A DNA stretch of 64,000 nucleotides from Lama guanicoe (taxonomy: Eukaryota). The translations under genes and the position numbers were made by a program. Below the pieces are notes generated by a model. That model had not been told where the DNA came from and ran no database searches. It worked only from the letters and a program-made list of their open reading frames with translations. Positions 38,010 through 51,059 of the stretch are shown here, in pieces (positions within the stretch are counted from its first letter, which is position 1; every line of letters begins with the position of its first letter). Location: NCBI GenBank assembly GCA_013239625.1, contig MU053482.1, positions 3,309,922-3,373,921 of the forward strand, read 5' to 3'.

Positions 38010-38570
38010 TTTTTAGAACATTTCAGATGTTCAGGGAAATTGAGCAGATAGTACAGAGAGTTCCCACATAGCCCCACAGTTTCTTCTATTACTAATGTCT
38101 TACATTATCATAGTACATTTGTTACGAAAAATGAGTCTTATATTGACACATTATTATTAACTAAAGTTCATAGTTTGTTGGATTTCCTTAGTTTTTACTT
38201 AATATCCTTATTTCTGTTCCAGAGTCCCATCCAGGACACCACATTACATTTAATTGTCACTTCTCCTCAGGCTCTTCTTGTCTGTGACAGTTTCTCAGAC
38301 TTTCTCCTTTTTGATAACCTTGACAATTTGAGGAGTATTGGTCAGGAATACCGTAGGATGCTTTTTGCTTGTTTGTCTCGGGGTGGGGGTAACTAGGTTT
38401 GTTTGTTTGTTTGTTTGTTTATTAATGGAGGTACTGGGGATTGAACCCAGGACCTCGTGCATGCTAGGCATGCACTCTACCATGTGGGTATACCTTTTCC
38501 ACTGTAGGATGCTTTTTAATTGGAATTTGTCTGATGTTTTTCTCATGATTACACTGGGATTCTGGATACT
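38010..38570 (-). mobile_element. Old L1 (L1MC/MD-type) 3' UTR
   Basis: aaattgagcagatagtacagagagttcccaca...cccatccaggacaccacattacattta. Confidence 0.65.
38367..38500 (-). mobile_element. Camelid SINE
   Basis: 17-bp TSD acYgtaggatgcttttt (38350-38366 / 38501-38517). Confidence 0.9.
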
Positions 38571-38724
38571 ATGGATTTTTCAGTATAATCTAACCTATGT
38601 TTCACAAAAGTGATTTGGGGCCGGTGTGAAGGATGAATGAGATGGAATGTATTAAGTCGGTACTCTTTCATTAGCAAGCCCTGCAATGGCTTACCATCCC
38701 AATTATTGAGTTAAAAAAAACTAG

Positions 38725-39493
38725 GGAAAGACAAATACTGTATGATTTCATCTATATGTGGAATCTGAAAAACAGAACAAGTGAACAAACATAACAAAAC
38801 AGAAACAGAGTCATAGATACAGGGAACAAACAGGTGGTTGCCAGAGGGGAGGGGAGTGGAGGGAGGAAAGAAAGAAATGAGGGAATTTAAGAGGTACAAA
38901 CTTCCATTTATAAATGAGTCATGGGGATAAAATGTACAGTGTGGGGAATATAGTCAATAATAATACTCTCATATCTTTGTATGATGACAGCTGGTAACTA
39001 GACTTCCTGTGATGAACATTTTGTAATGTACAGAAATACTGAAACACTATGTTGTGCACCAGGAACTAACATAGCACTGTAGGTTAATTATACTTCAAAA
39101 ACAAAACTCGTAGAACAAGAGATCAGATTTGTGGTTACCAGAGGCAAGGAGTGGGGAGGTGGGGGGAGGAGGATTTGGATGAAGCTGGTTAAAAGGTACA
39201 AACTTCCAGTTATAAGATAAAGTCCTAGGGAGGTAATGCACAACATGATAAATATAATTCACACTGCTGTATGTTATTTCTGAAAGTTGTTAAGAGAGTA
39301 AATCCTGAGAGTTCTCACAAGTAAAAACATTTTTTTTTCTTTTCTTTTATGTCTGTATGAGATGATGGATGTTCATTCAACTTACTGTGGCCATCATTTC
39401 ATGGCGTATATAAGTCAAATCATTATGCTGCACACCTTAAACTTCAACAGTGCTGTCTGCCAATTACATCTCAATAAAACTGGAAGAAAAAAA
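38725..39493 (+). mobile_element. L1M 3' UTR
   Basis: gaaagacaaatactgtatgat...caattacatctcaataaaactggaagaaaa. Confidence 0.8.
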
Positions 39494-40217
39494 CCATACT
39501 CTTCAATATGGCTTACACTGCCCTGCAGGATCTGGACCCAGCCAGCTTTTCTGACCTCATCTCCTGACACACTCCTCCTTGCTCTTTATCCCCTCCCCAG
39601 TGGCTTTTGTCTCCATTTCTTGAAGGTGCAAGGTTTGCTACCCTCAAGAAATTTGAGTGATATTTGCTATATAGTCCTGGTAGCAGATGAGCTGGGCCTG
39701 AATTAGAGGAGAAGAGACAGGTCAGACAGCACGTAGGTGGCACTGACAGGACTTAGCTGATTGGATACAAGGCAGACAGAAAAGAGAGGACCTGAGTGCA
39801 GGTCTGAGACTTTGTAGTCTGAACGACTGGATCCCTAGACTGGCCCATCTGCTGAGATGAGGCAGGCAGGATGTTGCTGGTGGGGGAACAGCATGAGATC
39901 ACCATGACATACCACGTTTGACTTGCTCGTGGGACATCGTGATGTTCTTGTCCAGCAGGCAGTTGGAGATCATGAGTCTCAAGCTCAGGAGGGAGGTTGG
40001 AGTAAGAGCAAATGCCAAGCGAGAGATTGTGGTGGGGGCTCTGATTATTAATTCAACTGGGATAAACCCAAGGGACATATTTGCAGTAATTCAAACCCTT
40101 GGCAGCAAACGGTTTAATGTGAACTTCAGGTCAGCAGAGAAATTAAATTTATTTTGGAGACCATCAGGCAAAAGGAGGCCAGGACTTTTGGGAGGACTTT
40201 GTGGTCATTCCACTCAC

Positions 40218-40289
40218 CAGGCTTAGGGCAATGACGGCTTCTTTTCTACTGGAATGAAACTGTGGGACTTGAAATGGCTGCTATACTAC
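40218..40289 (-). pseudogene. Candidate 72-nt pseudo-exon (phase 1->1)
   Basis: ttaattag|GT...G|gtgagt; phase fits both neighbours. Confidence 0.35.
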
Positions 40290-40876
40290 CTAATTAATAT
40301 AGCTTCAGGAAAAGTAGCAGAGAGGTTTGGGGTTTGGACGGAGTTATATAAGTGGAAAATAGAGTGGTAGCCAGGCCAGGTTATGAAGAAATTGCTCCCA
40401 GGTATGTCATTTCCTTACTGTCTTTATACCACTATATTTATATTTTTTAAAAATTACAAAAGTGGCACCTCCATGCCTTGCAGATGCTATAGTTGGCTCA
40501 CTCAGTAACCATTGGAACCACTTTCTCCCTTGTCATCTTCTACTACAAAGGCTGGAAAGCAACATACATAAATTCCAAGACCTCAGGACACCCTGAAGTG
40601 GTCATGCAGTACAGTCTGGGTTCATGAAGACTTCCCAGAAGTCCCTGTGGTAGGCTTCCATTTCTGAACGGAAAGGCAAAGATTTGTGAGAACCTTTTCA
40701 CCTTTACAACTTCTCCTAGCATGGCCTGGGGAGCACAGCCTTCTTGTTACCAAGAGATTAAGAAGTGTAAATCGAGAAGGGTCACTGATTTTTTCCTTTA
40801 GCAAGTGTGCTAGTCCTAGTCCACCCACCTCTGGATTTTGTGTTATGTGGTGGGGAAAAAAGTGTTTACATCAGTA

Positions 40877-41050
40877 AGTAGGTTCTCAAACTTAGCTGTC
40901 CATTAGAACCACCTGTAGGGGCTTAACAATGCTTTAATGACCCTGTATATCATCATTTGTATGGGAATTTCTGGTGATGGGACCTAAGCTTCCGTAATTT
41001 TTTAAACTCCCCAGGGGATTCCAATGAGTAGCCAAGTTTGAGAATAGTGG
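40877..41050 (+). mobile_element. MER5A-like DNA transposon
   Basis: ggttctcaaacttagctg...ctccccaggggattccaatg...gccaagtttgagaa. Confidence 0.65.
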
Positions 41051-41056
41051 AGTTTT

Positions 41057-41175
41057 AAAAAAAAAATTTTTTAGGGGGTGGAAAGGAAGTAATTAGATTT
41101 ATTTATTTATTTTAATGGAGGTACCAGGAATTGAACCCAGGACGCAAGCTAAGCACTAAGCTATACCCTCTCCCC
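41057..41175 (-). mobile_element. Camelid SINE (internally deleted)
   Basis: atggaggtaccaggaattgaacccagg...gctataccctctcccc; TSD tgagaaYagtgg. Confidence 0.8.
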
Positions 41176-41425
41176 TGAGAACAGTGGTTTTCAAAGCACT
41201 ATTTTTTTGTTTTTGTTTTAACCAGTTTTTTGTTTTCATTTTGTCTTCGTTGTTTCTCCCAGGTTGACGCCATTGTACAATACATGTGTTGAAACTCCAT
41301 TTAAACTGTAGAGGCATATAAATCCCCCTATCTTCAATCAGCCCCATTTCTACTACTACCCTTGGGAGAAACACAGTCCTCACAGTGTTGTGCTACTTCT
41401 CTCAAAATTCCCTGTCTGCATACAC

Positions 41426-41944
41426 CAATGTATATTGGTTTTCTATTATAAAAGTCCTTCTAGAAGCTGTTCAAGTGGGACGTGAGAAGTTGCCAGATAG
41501 CCTGGAATAATCAGGACAATGCTGACTTCAAGTAACTTTCCATCTCCCTAAACCATAACACCTGGGCAATGTCATTGTTTTTGCATCCAAACTACTTCTC
41601 ACTTTTGCATTCTGAAATAGAAGAAAATAATATTTCATTAATACAGTCCAATCTTCTACTTCAGATGTTTAAAAATTGCATATAGCTTTTTGAGTGATTA
41701 ATTATGAGTCACAGAAGGTGTTGCCAACAATGTTTCTGGGCTTCGACGTAGGGTAATCCTCATGTTTTTTGTAGTAAAACCCTCTTCTTTGAGTTCTGCC
41801 TCAAGTTTCAGTTGTGAGGGTCAGTTCTTTTGAAGAACATCATCTTTTTTGGTTCATATTTTTATTTAAGTTAAGTTGCAAATCACTTTGAGATCCAGGA
41901 GAGATTAAACATTTTTAGCAGCTTTGCTATAATTGATAGAATAT
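41426..41944 (-). pseudogene. Two pseudo-exons (41944-41713, 41611-41426)
   Basis: Strong acceptors tatttttag| and ttcttctatttcag|; YSINYSKAAKNV*SLLDLKVICNL... and CKNNDIAQVLWFREMESYLKSALS*LFQAIWQLLTSHLNSF; junction between them needs a frameshift. Confidence 0.45.
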
Positions 41945-42130
41945 CTAAAAATATAAATAAAAATATTCCTCTGTTGAGAAGTTCTAGCTCCAGAGTGAGG
42001 ACTCCTGTGCTACAAAGTATTAATGTTGTGACTTTAAACATGTAAAATATATGCTGATTTGTTTCTCATGGGAGGAAGCATTGCCTCCCAAGTTCTGGAA
42101 TGAGAAGGCCTGGGTTCAAATGCCAACTCT

Positions 42131-43914
42131 GTAGACAAGAAACAAGAAGTATTGGCGACCTAAACAAGCAATTCTCAAATGAAGACATACAAATGGTCAA
42201 AGGACACATGAAAAAATGCTCAGTATCGCTAATTATCAGAGAAATGCCAATCAAAACTACAATGAGGTATCACCTCACACTGGTCAGAATGGCCATCATT
42301 AAAAAGTCTATAAACAGTAAATGCTGGAGAGGGTGTGGAGGAAGGGAACCCTCCTACACTGCTGGTGGGAATATAGTTTGGTGCAGCCGTTATGGAAAAC
42401 AGGATGGAGATTCATCAAAAAACTAAAAATACAGTTACCATAGGATCTAGCAATCCCATTCCTGCACATATATCTGGAGAGAGCTCTAATTCCAAAAGAT
42501 ACATGCACCCAATGTTCATAGCAGCACTATATACAGTAGCCAATACATAGAATCAACCTAAATGTTCATCAATGGAGGACTGGATAAAAAAGTTGTGGTA
42601 TATTTATAAGTGGAATACTATTCAGTGATAAAAAAGAATAAAATAATGCCATTTACAGCAACATGGTTGGATCTGGAGATCATCATTCTAAGTGAAGTAA
42701 GCCAGAAAGAGAGAGAAAGAAAAATACCATATGATCATATGTGGAATCTAAAAAAAGACAAGGAAAAAAGAGGACAGTAATGAACTCATCTACAGTACAG
42801 AAACAGACTTGCAGATATAGTAAACAACCTTATGATTATAAGGGAAAGAGGGTGGGAAGGGATAAATTTGGGGGTCTGAGATTTGCAAATGTTAACCACT
42901 ATATACAAAAATAGATTAAAAAATACCCAATTTCTTCTGTATAACAGAGGAAACTATATTCAATATCTTGTAATAACCTATAATGAAAAAGAATATGAAA
43001 ATGAATACATATATATATTTGCATGCCTGGAACATTATGCTGTGCACCAGAAATCAACACATTGCAACTGACTATACTTCAATTTAAAAAAAAGAAGTGT
43101 TGGTGAGAAGGTGGAGAAAAAGGAACACTTATGCACTGTTAGTAGGAATGTAAATTGGTGTAGCCACAATGGAAAACAGTATGGCTGTTCCTCAAAAAAT
43201 AAAAAACAGAATTACCATATGATGTAGCAATTCCGCTTCTGTATACTTATCCAAAGGAATGAAAACACTAACTTGAAAGGATATATGCACTCCATGTTCA
43301 TTGTGCATTAATTACAATAACTGAGATATGGAAGGAACCTAAGTGTCCATTGATGGATGAATGGATAAAAATGTAGTTTATATGCACAATAGAATATTAT
43401 TCACCCATAGAAAGAATGAAATCTTGCCATTTGTAACAATATGGATGGGCCTTGAAGGCATCATGCTAAGTGAAATAACTAGGAGAAAGACAAATACCAC
43501 ATCCAATCTCACTTATCTGTGGAATCTAAAACAAAAACAAACAAAAAAAACCAAAAACAAAACCAACTCATGGATACAGAAGATAGATTGATAGTTGCCA
43601 GAAGCAAGGTAGGGGTGAGGGCGAAAGGGGTTAAAAAATACAAACTTCCAGCTATAAAATAAATGTCATGTGGATATAATGTACACCATGATGACTATGA
43701 TTATTAATACTGCATTATGTATTTGAAAGTTGCTAAGAAAGTTGCTTAAAAGTTCTCATCACAAGAAAAAAAATGTAGCTATATAAGGTGATGGATGTTA
43801 ACTATACTTACTGGGGAGATCATTTCACAATACATACAAATATAAAATCATTATGTTGTACACCTGAAACAGACATCATGTTATATGTCAATTATATCTC
43901 AATAATGATAAAAA
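42131..43914 (+). mobile_element. Older L1 3' part inserted in a MIR (MIR ~42085-42130 and 43915-44090)
   Basis: TSD aaatSccaactct (42118-42130 / 43915-43927). Confidence 0.8.
42159..43091 (+). mobile_element. Younger L1 nested in the older L1
   Basis: [25 protein letters not shown] (ORF2 C-terminus); TSD aagaagtRttggYga (42144-42158 / 43092-43106). Confidence 0.9.
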
Positions 43915-44299
43915 AAATCCCAACTCTACCCCTATGTGACATAGGGCATATTACTAAATCTCTATGTCTCAGTTTCCTCATCTATAAAATAGGGATATTA
44001 CTGTGGTGACTAAGGGATATGATAAATGTAAAATAATTAGAAATATGTCTAGTACCTAGTAAATATCCAATAAATATTAACTATTATGACTAGCTGAATT
44101 AATTTGAACGCTTAATCCTGAATACCTGTACTCAAAGGCTAATTCTCTTTTTGTGGAATTGTTTTTCCCCAGACCTTCAGTTGGATTCCTTCTCCCCCAA
44201 ACCCCACAATTTCTATTGAATTCCTTGTTGTGATTTCACTGTTAACGTTTCATTTTCCTCTTATTGTCTCACTCTACACATTCCTCCTGAGCTCTAGTT

Positions 44300-45060
44300 A
44301 TCACCATATGGTTCCCACATTTGAAGCTCAGTCTAAATTTTTTTACTTATGCTCCAGACTCTTACGACCTTTCAGACATTACCACTTGGACGTTCCATAA
44401 CATTTTATCCTCTTAACTCTATTCCCTATTACAGAGGAAATACATAATTCATACACAACTGCCTGATTTCTGAACATAAACCCTGACTCCTCCCTTTCAC
44501 AGTCAATCAGTTGTGTCTCCAATCTATCCACTTCTCTCCATCCTCTTTGCTACACCCTAGTTTAGGCCGTTGTCTTCTCACTCAATTACTGTAGTAACTT
44601 CTCATTCTCCTGTCTTCACTCTGTAGCTTTAATAATGTAAAACTGTCACGCTGTCCCTCTGCTTCAAACCCTTCAATGACTCCCTATCATCCTCAGGATA
44701 AAATACAAACTCCTTAACAAAGCTGATACGTTCTTTAATGATCTGGTCCATGCTTAGCCTTCCAGCCTCATCTCTAATACCCAGACTTACTGAATGAATC
44801 CACTGTGTTCTCTGCCATCTCAGGGCCTTGGCGCTTGCTGCCCTCTCTACTAATTTCTTCTCCTTGCCCCAGCCTTTGCTTTGCCTCCCTTTGTCTGCCT
44901 AAGTCCTTCCGATCCTTCTCAGTTTGTGTACCTCATTCTCTCAGAAAAATTCCCTTAACTCCCACACTTGCATTACAGGCACCTCCTCTATGTTCTACAG
45001 AACCCATTTTCTTATTATTGACTTAACCACACTTGTACGTATCTGGTTACTTATCTAAAA
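44300..45060 (+). mobile_element. L2
   Basis: tctatccacttctctccatc...cttcaaacccttcaatgactccc...ctcagggccttgg. Confidence 0.7.
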
Positions 45061-45544
45061 CATCTACCACAGGGATCTACAGATACAGCTTGATAGAGCC
45101 AAGGTTTGCATAATCAGTACCTATTGTGTAATCAGTACATTTATTAGGCACTTCCTCTATGTCTTCTGGGAACAGCATTTCATTTCTGATAACTGATTCA
45201 CTTGTAGTTGTCGGAGGGTTTGGTAGGTCTTAACAAGACTTAGGTCAAAGGTGAGTGGTTGGCCCAAACTGGAGCTATCATGGTATAAAGTCTGTGATGG
45301 GATAGTGATAAATCATAATAGACTCTGGATTCAAATCTAGGCTCTTCACCTTAATAGTTAATGAACATCTTTGTGGTTTTATCCTTTCATCTGTAAATGC
45401 ATACAATAATACCAAACTTATGACAGACGCATCTTGAAAAGTGACAGTGAATTATTGTAAATGTAACCAGGTGGTGGTTACAGATGTAGTTTCATTGTTG
45501 GAACAATGGAACACAGCTGGTATACACCTGTTAATGTGAATGAT

Positions 45545-48210
45545 CTTTTCTCTATTCTTGTTAATAAAGACCATCAAAAGCAGTTTGCTTTCACTTGGCA
45601 GGGCCAACAATATACCTTCACTCTCCTACCCAGGGAGTATCAGCTCTCTAGCCCCACGTCATAATCCCTCTTCAAGGAACCTTGAGTGCCTTTCCCTTCT
45701 GAATCACCCTGGTTCATCAGATGGATGATACCATGCTGAAGCTATCATGCTTCCTGGTAAGGAGAAAGTAGCAACTGCTCTCAATACATTGGAAACACAG
45801 ATGTAAGCGCAGGGTGGGAAATAAACATGACAGAAATTCAGGGGCTGGCCATCATGGTGAAATTTCTAGAGGTCCAGTAATCTAGAGCACAGCGAGATAC
45901 CCCTTCCAAAGTAAAGAAAAAGTTGCTGCATCTGGCCCCTCCCATTACTAAGAAAGAGATACAGTACCTCTTGGGTCTCTTTTGGTTTTGGAGGCAATAT
46001 GTGACTCATTTGGACACGCAATTCTCACCAACTTACTGAGAAACTCAAAAAGCTGCCAGTTTTAGACTCATAGACATAGAAAACAAACTTATGGCTACCA
46101 GGGGTGAAGCAGGTGGGAAGGGATAAATTGGGAGTTCGACATTTGCAGATACTAAAGAATATATATAAAATAGATAAACAACAAGTTTATACTGTATAGC
46201 ACAGAGAACTATATTCAATTATCTTGTAGTAACTTATGGTGAAAAAGAATATGAAAATGAATATATGTATGTTTCTATGTGACTGAAGCATTGTGATGTA
46301 CACCAGAAAATGACACAACATTGTTAATCTGACTATACTTCAATAAAAGAAAGCTGCCAGTTTTGAGTGGGACCCTAAATGAGAGAAGATTCTTCCTCAG
46401 GTCCAGACTGTCATGCAAACCACTCTACCATCTGGGCTGTATAATGCAGCATCCAGTGGTGCTTGAAGTGAAGTGAAGGGACACTGTTCAGATAATTTAG
46501 CAGCCTGCCAAAGGTGAATCGCAGCCCAGACTATTAAAATTCTGGAGCAAAGTTTTACCATCTTCTGAAGACAAGTATTCTCTGGAGAAACAGTTTATAG
46601 GTTGTAAATGTGTCTTAGTAGAGACTGAATGCTTGACCACGAGTCACCAAGTTACCAGGCAACCTAAGTTGCTCATCATGACTGAATGTTGTCTGATCCT
46701 ACAGGCCATAAAATTGGGCATTCACAGCAGCATTCCATTATTAAATGAAAGTGGTATACCTGAGATCAGGCTCAAGCAACTTCTGAAGGCATGAGTAAGT
46801 TGTATAAGAAAATGGTACAGATGCCTATGACCCATGCTCCTACCACATTGCCTCTTCCCTTTCAGCCTGAATCTGTGGCCTCTTGGAGAGTTCCCTATGA
46901 TAAGTTGGCTGAGGGAGAAAAATTCCAAGCCTGGTTTAAAGATAGGTCTGTACAACATGCTGGTACTACCCTAAAGTGGATGGTAGTAACTCTGCAGGCC
47001 TGCCATGATGGATGGCTTCAAAAGGTAGGGGTGAAGGAAAACTCTCCCAGTGGGCAGAAGTATGGATCTATATTGACTTAGGAACAGTGACTAATGGTTT
47101 GGTTAGATGATCAAAATAGAAGGATTGTGATTAGAAAATTAGTGACCAGGTCCAAGAAAGAGGTCTGTGGATAGAACTCTCTGAATAGGAACATAGTGTT
47201 AAGATATTCTGTCCCATGTGCATGCTCACCAAGAAGAAATCTCATCAGAAGAGGATAATAAGCAGGTGGATGAGATGACATGTCTGTGGACATCTGTTAG
47301 CGTCGTTCCTTAACCAGTCTTATCTTAGTCCACTGGAAAACAAACAAAGTGATCCAAGGAGGTTATTTGTGGGCTGAGCAACAGTGATTTCCAGTCACCA
47401 CTGCTGAATGTTCAACCTGCCAATAGCAGAGACCAAGACTGAGCATTCAATATGGCACCATTCCCTGGGAGCACCAGCCACATCAGTAAAATGTTGATTA
47501 CAAAAGATCACTTCCATCATGGAAGAAAGAGAACTTTGTTCTCAGTGAAATAGACACTTTAGATACAGATTTGCCTTCTCTATTCACAGTGATTCTACCA
47601 AAACTACCATCCAGGGATTTACAGAATGCGTAATTTACATAGTATTTCACAAAACATTGTTTCTGAGCGGGGAACTCACTGCAAATGAAATGTGGCATGA
47701 GCTCATGTTCATGGTATTCACTTGTCTTGCAAAATTGCCCATCACCTTGAAGCAGCTGCCCTGATAAAGTGGTGGCATGACCTTTTGAAGACTTAGTTAC
47801 AGTGCCAGCTGGGTGGAAACATCTTGCAGAGTTGGGGCAATGTTCTCCAGGATGTAGTACATCCTCTGAACTAGTGACCAACCTACGCTGCTATTTCTCA
47901 TATAGCCTGTTTTTATGGGTCCAGGAATCAAGTTGTGAAAATGGGAGTGGTTCCTCTTACTATAATATATATTGGTTCACTAGTGAAATCTTTCTATTGC
48001 CATCATTTTAGGCTCTGCTGGTCTGAAAGTCTTATTTCCCAAAGGATGAATGTTTCCTTCAGGGAAAACCTCAATGGTACCATGATACTGGATGTAAAGA
48101 CTACCACCTGGCCATTTTGGGCTCCTCATGCCAATAAATCAACAGGAAAAGAAGATTACTAAACTGACTAGGGATACTTGATCCTGACTATTAAGGGGAA
48201 ATTACATTTT
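45545..48210 (+). mobile_element. ERVL (class III) internal remnant: RT, RNase H, integrase, dUTPase, all disabled
   Basis: DHQKQFAFTWQGQQYTFTLLP, MDDTML, VKFL, KAASFEW, WFKDRSVQHAGTT, AECSTCQ, LPPGHFGLLMP, DPDY*GEI. Confidence 0.85.
46064..46349 (+). mobile_element. L1 3' end inserted in ERVL pol
   Basis: 15-bp TSD aaagctgccagtttt (46049-46063 / 46350-46364). Confidence 0.9.
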
Positions 48211-48829
48211 CCTAGAGAGGAGGCTTTAGAGGACTGTATGACCCATGTATCAATGCCAAGTCTGCTGGATTTAGACCTGTATTTAATTAGAGCTCTTATT
48301 AATTGCGAAGAATGGAACCCCAAATCCAAGCAGCTTGAGAAAAACAAGAAATTTACTTAGAGAATTGACTCCTGGAACTTAAAGACAAGACCTCAATTGT
48401 CCCTGAAGAATAAAGTGGAACCAGGCTCTCAAATCCTGGCACAGCTCTCCGTATCTCATTTCTGCTTCTCTCTGCATGTCAATTTTATTCTGTATTCTTA
48501 TTGCAGACTGGTCATCTCTGCTCCTCAGCTCATGTGGCTGAAAACATGGCTGCTAGTAGTAATAGCTTCTGCTCCCTGGAGAGAGGCATATCTCTTTCTT
48601 GTTCTAGCAGCAAATTTCCTGGGGAAGATTTCTGATTAGCCCAGCTCAATGTTTGGGGGAGGGGTCATTTTGCAGTAACATGGTGGCTTCCATGAAAACC
48701 TCATGGGTAGAGTTGGCTGGTCAGAAGGTTAGGAATGGGTGGGGAGGTGATTGTGAGAAAGTCTGTTCCCAGAAGAAAAGAAGGGTGCTGGGCTAAGTTA
48801 CGAGAGTCTACATGGTCCAATAAATAAAT

Positions 48830-49050
48830 AAATAATAATTAATATTTATAGAAAATACTATATACTAGATACCATATCTCTACCTCTCTATATCTCTGTG
48901 TGTGTGTGTGTGTGTGTGTGTATGATAGCTATATCACAGTCAATAAGGTGTATTTAATTTTTATCCCCATTTTACAGGTGACACTTAAAGAGAATTAAGT
49001 AACTAATCCAAACAAGTAGCTGAGCTGGAACTTGAACCCAAACTGACTTG
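48830..49050 (-). mobile_element. MIR with (TG)n at ~48897-48921
   Basis: ttatccccattttacaggtga...ttaagtaact...gagctggaacttgaaccca. Confidence 0.7.
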
Positions 49051-49874
49051 TTTTCAAGGGCTGTTTTTGTAACATGACACCTGTCCCTAGTTTTCCAGGC
49101 TCTAGGCACCCAGTTTCATCACAAACCCCAGGGTACTGGCTGGGCCCCTGAAACCCTGCATAGGTCATGTGAGCTACTTTTTCTGGGCTGCATTTTTTCC
49201 CTGGGCTCCATGTGTCTGACTCTGTGGGATCGATGACCTTAAACTTAGTTTTCTTGTACATAAAAATGGGTTGCTATGGGATTATGGATGCTATTATGAG
49301 GGCAGATATTTTTGTCTGTCACATTCACTTCTAACCCCCTGCACCTGAAACAGTGCTGGGCAGTTGATAACTACTTGTTAAATCAATGAATGAGACAAAG
49401 TGAAACTCACAAGGGTCCTACTTGAGGAATAACAGGATAATCTTGCCTTTCAGCTATTAGGTTTTTGTGTGTAGGGTCAGGCAAGTGACAGGGAGAGATG
49501 TGGAGGGGGCTTTTAAGAAGCTGTGCATATGGGAGAGACAGGGAGAGAAGAGAGAGGAAGAATTCTGCTACAGGGAAGTTATAGAGACTGGGGAGGAAGT
49601 GGGGGGAGAAGACCAATGAAGGTGTTGGGTTAAGATTTATTAGTGGTCTGTAATGTAAATATCACTTCTCTGTCCCTGTAGAATCTGAAGTAAAATCTAC
49701 ATTACTGTACATAGTGCTGTAGAGGTAGATTTGTCAAGTACTGGCCTTGGGGTGGGTCCAGGGTGATGCTATGGAGTTAAGCATGCGCCAGTTTATGACT
49801 GAACGAGATAAGGTGAGTGAATGCTCTGGCCCAGCACCTGGTCTGTGGAAGTCACTCAGTAAAAGCTTATTTAC

Positions 49875-50093
49875 CTCAGCTGACCTCTTGCATCTCCCGA
49901 ACACAGCACAGGGCTTGGCATGCAGGGACTTCTCAGAATGTCTGCCTCCCTGCCAAGCGGGTTTTCCAAGGGCTCTGCTCGAGAGCATGACAAAGCCCTG
50001 AGATATGGAGACTTCTGTGCCACTTCACTCTGTGCAGAGTTCCTGCATGCCAGCTCCCCAAAGAAAACACTCTTTAGCCTGGTGGAGAGACTC
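49875..50093 (-). pseudogene. Pseudo-exon (219 nt, phase 2->2), no stops
   Basis: cttacccag|G...AG|gtaaat; SLSTRLKSVFFGELACRN...GQL; AG+A joins in frame to 41944. Confidence 0.45.
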
Positions 50094-51059
50094 CTGGGTA
50101 AGCAGTGATGTAATTTGTTTTCACGCAAACTATAAGAGGCTCTTGAGTTAAGCGTTTGCTTGGCTGGCCTTTGCCAAAAACGCCAGTGGCTTTGTGTCAC
50201 TGCCTGTTGGCAATGGTCATAGTCACGCATTGTACCTCAAAGGCCGGACCATTCCAGGGTGAAATGCTTACTAGGGGGTTGAGCTGCCCAGAGGTCTGGA
50301 GCAATCTCATCGGGTGCCCAGCCAGAGCTGGCCCCGGGGATTCTACTCTAGGTCCAACGGAGTTGGTAGACAAAAGAAATGACAGCCAGCTCAGGCCCCT
50401 CACTGTCCTTGGGCACAAATGCTCTCAGGGCTGCCATAGATAGTTTAATCAGGATGTCCCTTTCATTTGAATCAGCGGGATGCAGGTTCTATATTTACTT
50501 GTGTGCCTTCTACCAGACTATAATGCCGAAGAGGGCCGGAACTCCGACTTGCTTATTGTCACGTGCCTGTGGCCTAGCACAAAGCCAAGCCCAAATGACC
50601 AATTTGGTGAAAGTTTGTGGGATGGAAGAATGAACGTAGCGGCCTCCTTTCAGCCCTGTGTTTTCAGGCTCCTCTTTACCCCCTTTCTTTGGCTTGGGTC
50701 CCTGCTCCCTGCAGGTGTCTCCTAAGAACTCATGTCCCTCTGTTTCCTTCTCATCCTGGAAACGGAAGTTCAGTTTGAAGGCTGCTCTATTGTTTGTTCT
50801 GCTCATAATCCCAAGCTGAATGGGACCCATTTGTTGCTTGCTTGGCTGGTCTTCACACAGCATGTTTTTTGTGATATGTAACATTTCCTTTCAGACCACG
50901 TGTGGCTTAGTATAGTGGCAAGCACGAGAGTGTCCAGGCCGTTAGTGTTCTAAATTTCAGCTTTCCTGCTTTCTCATGGTATAATTTAGGCAAGTTTTTG
51001 GATTTCATGGAACCTCAGTTTCCCCTTTTGTAAAGTGAGCACAATAAAGGTAAACTTGG

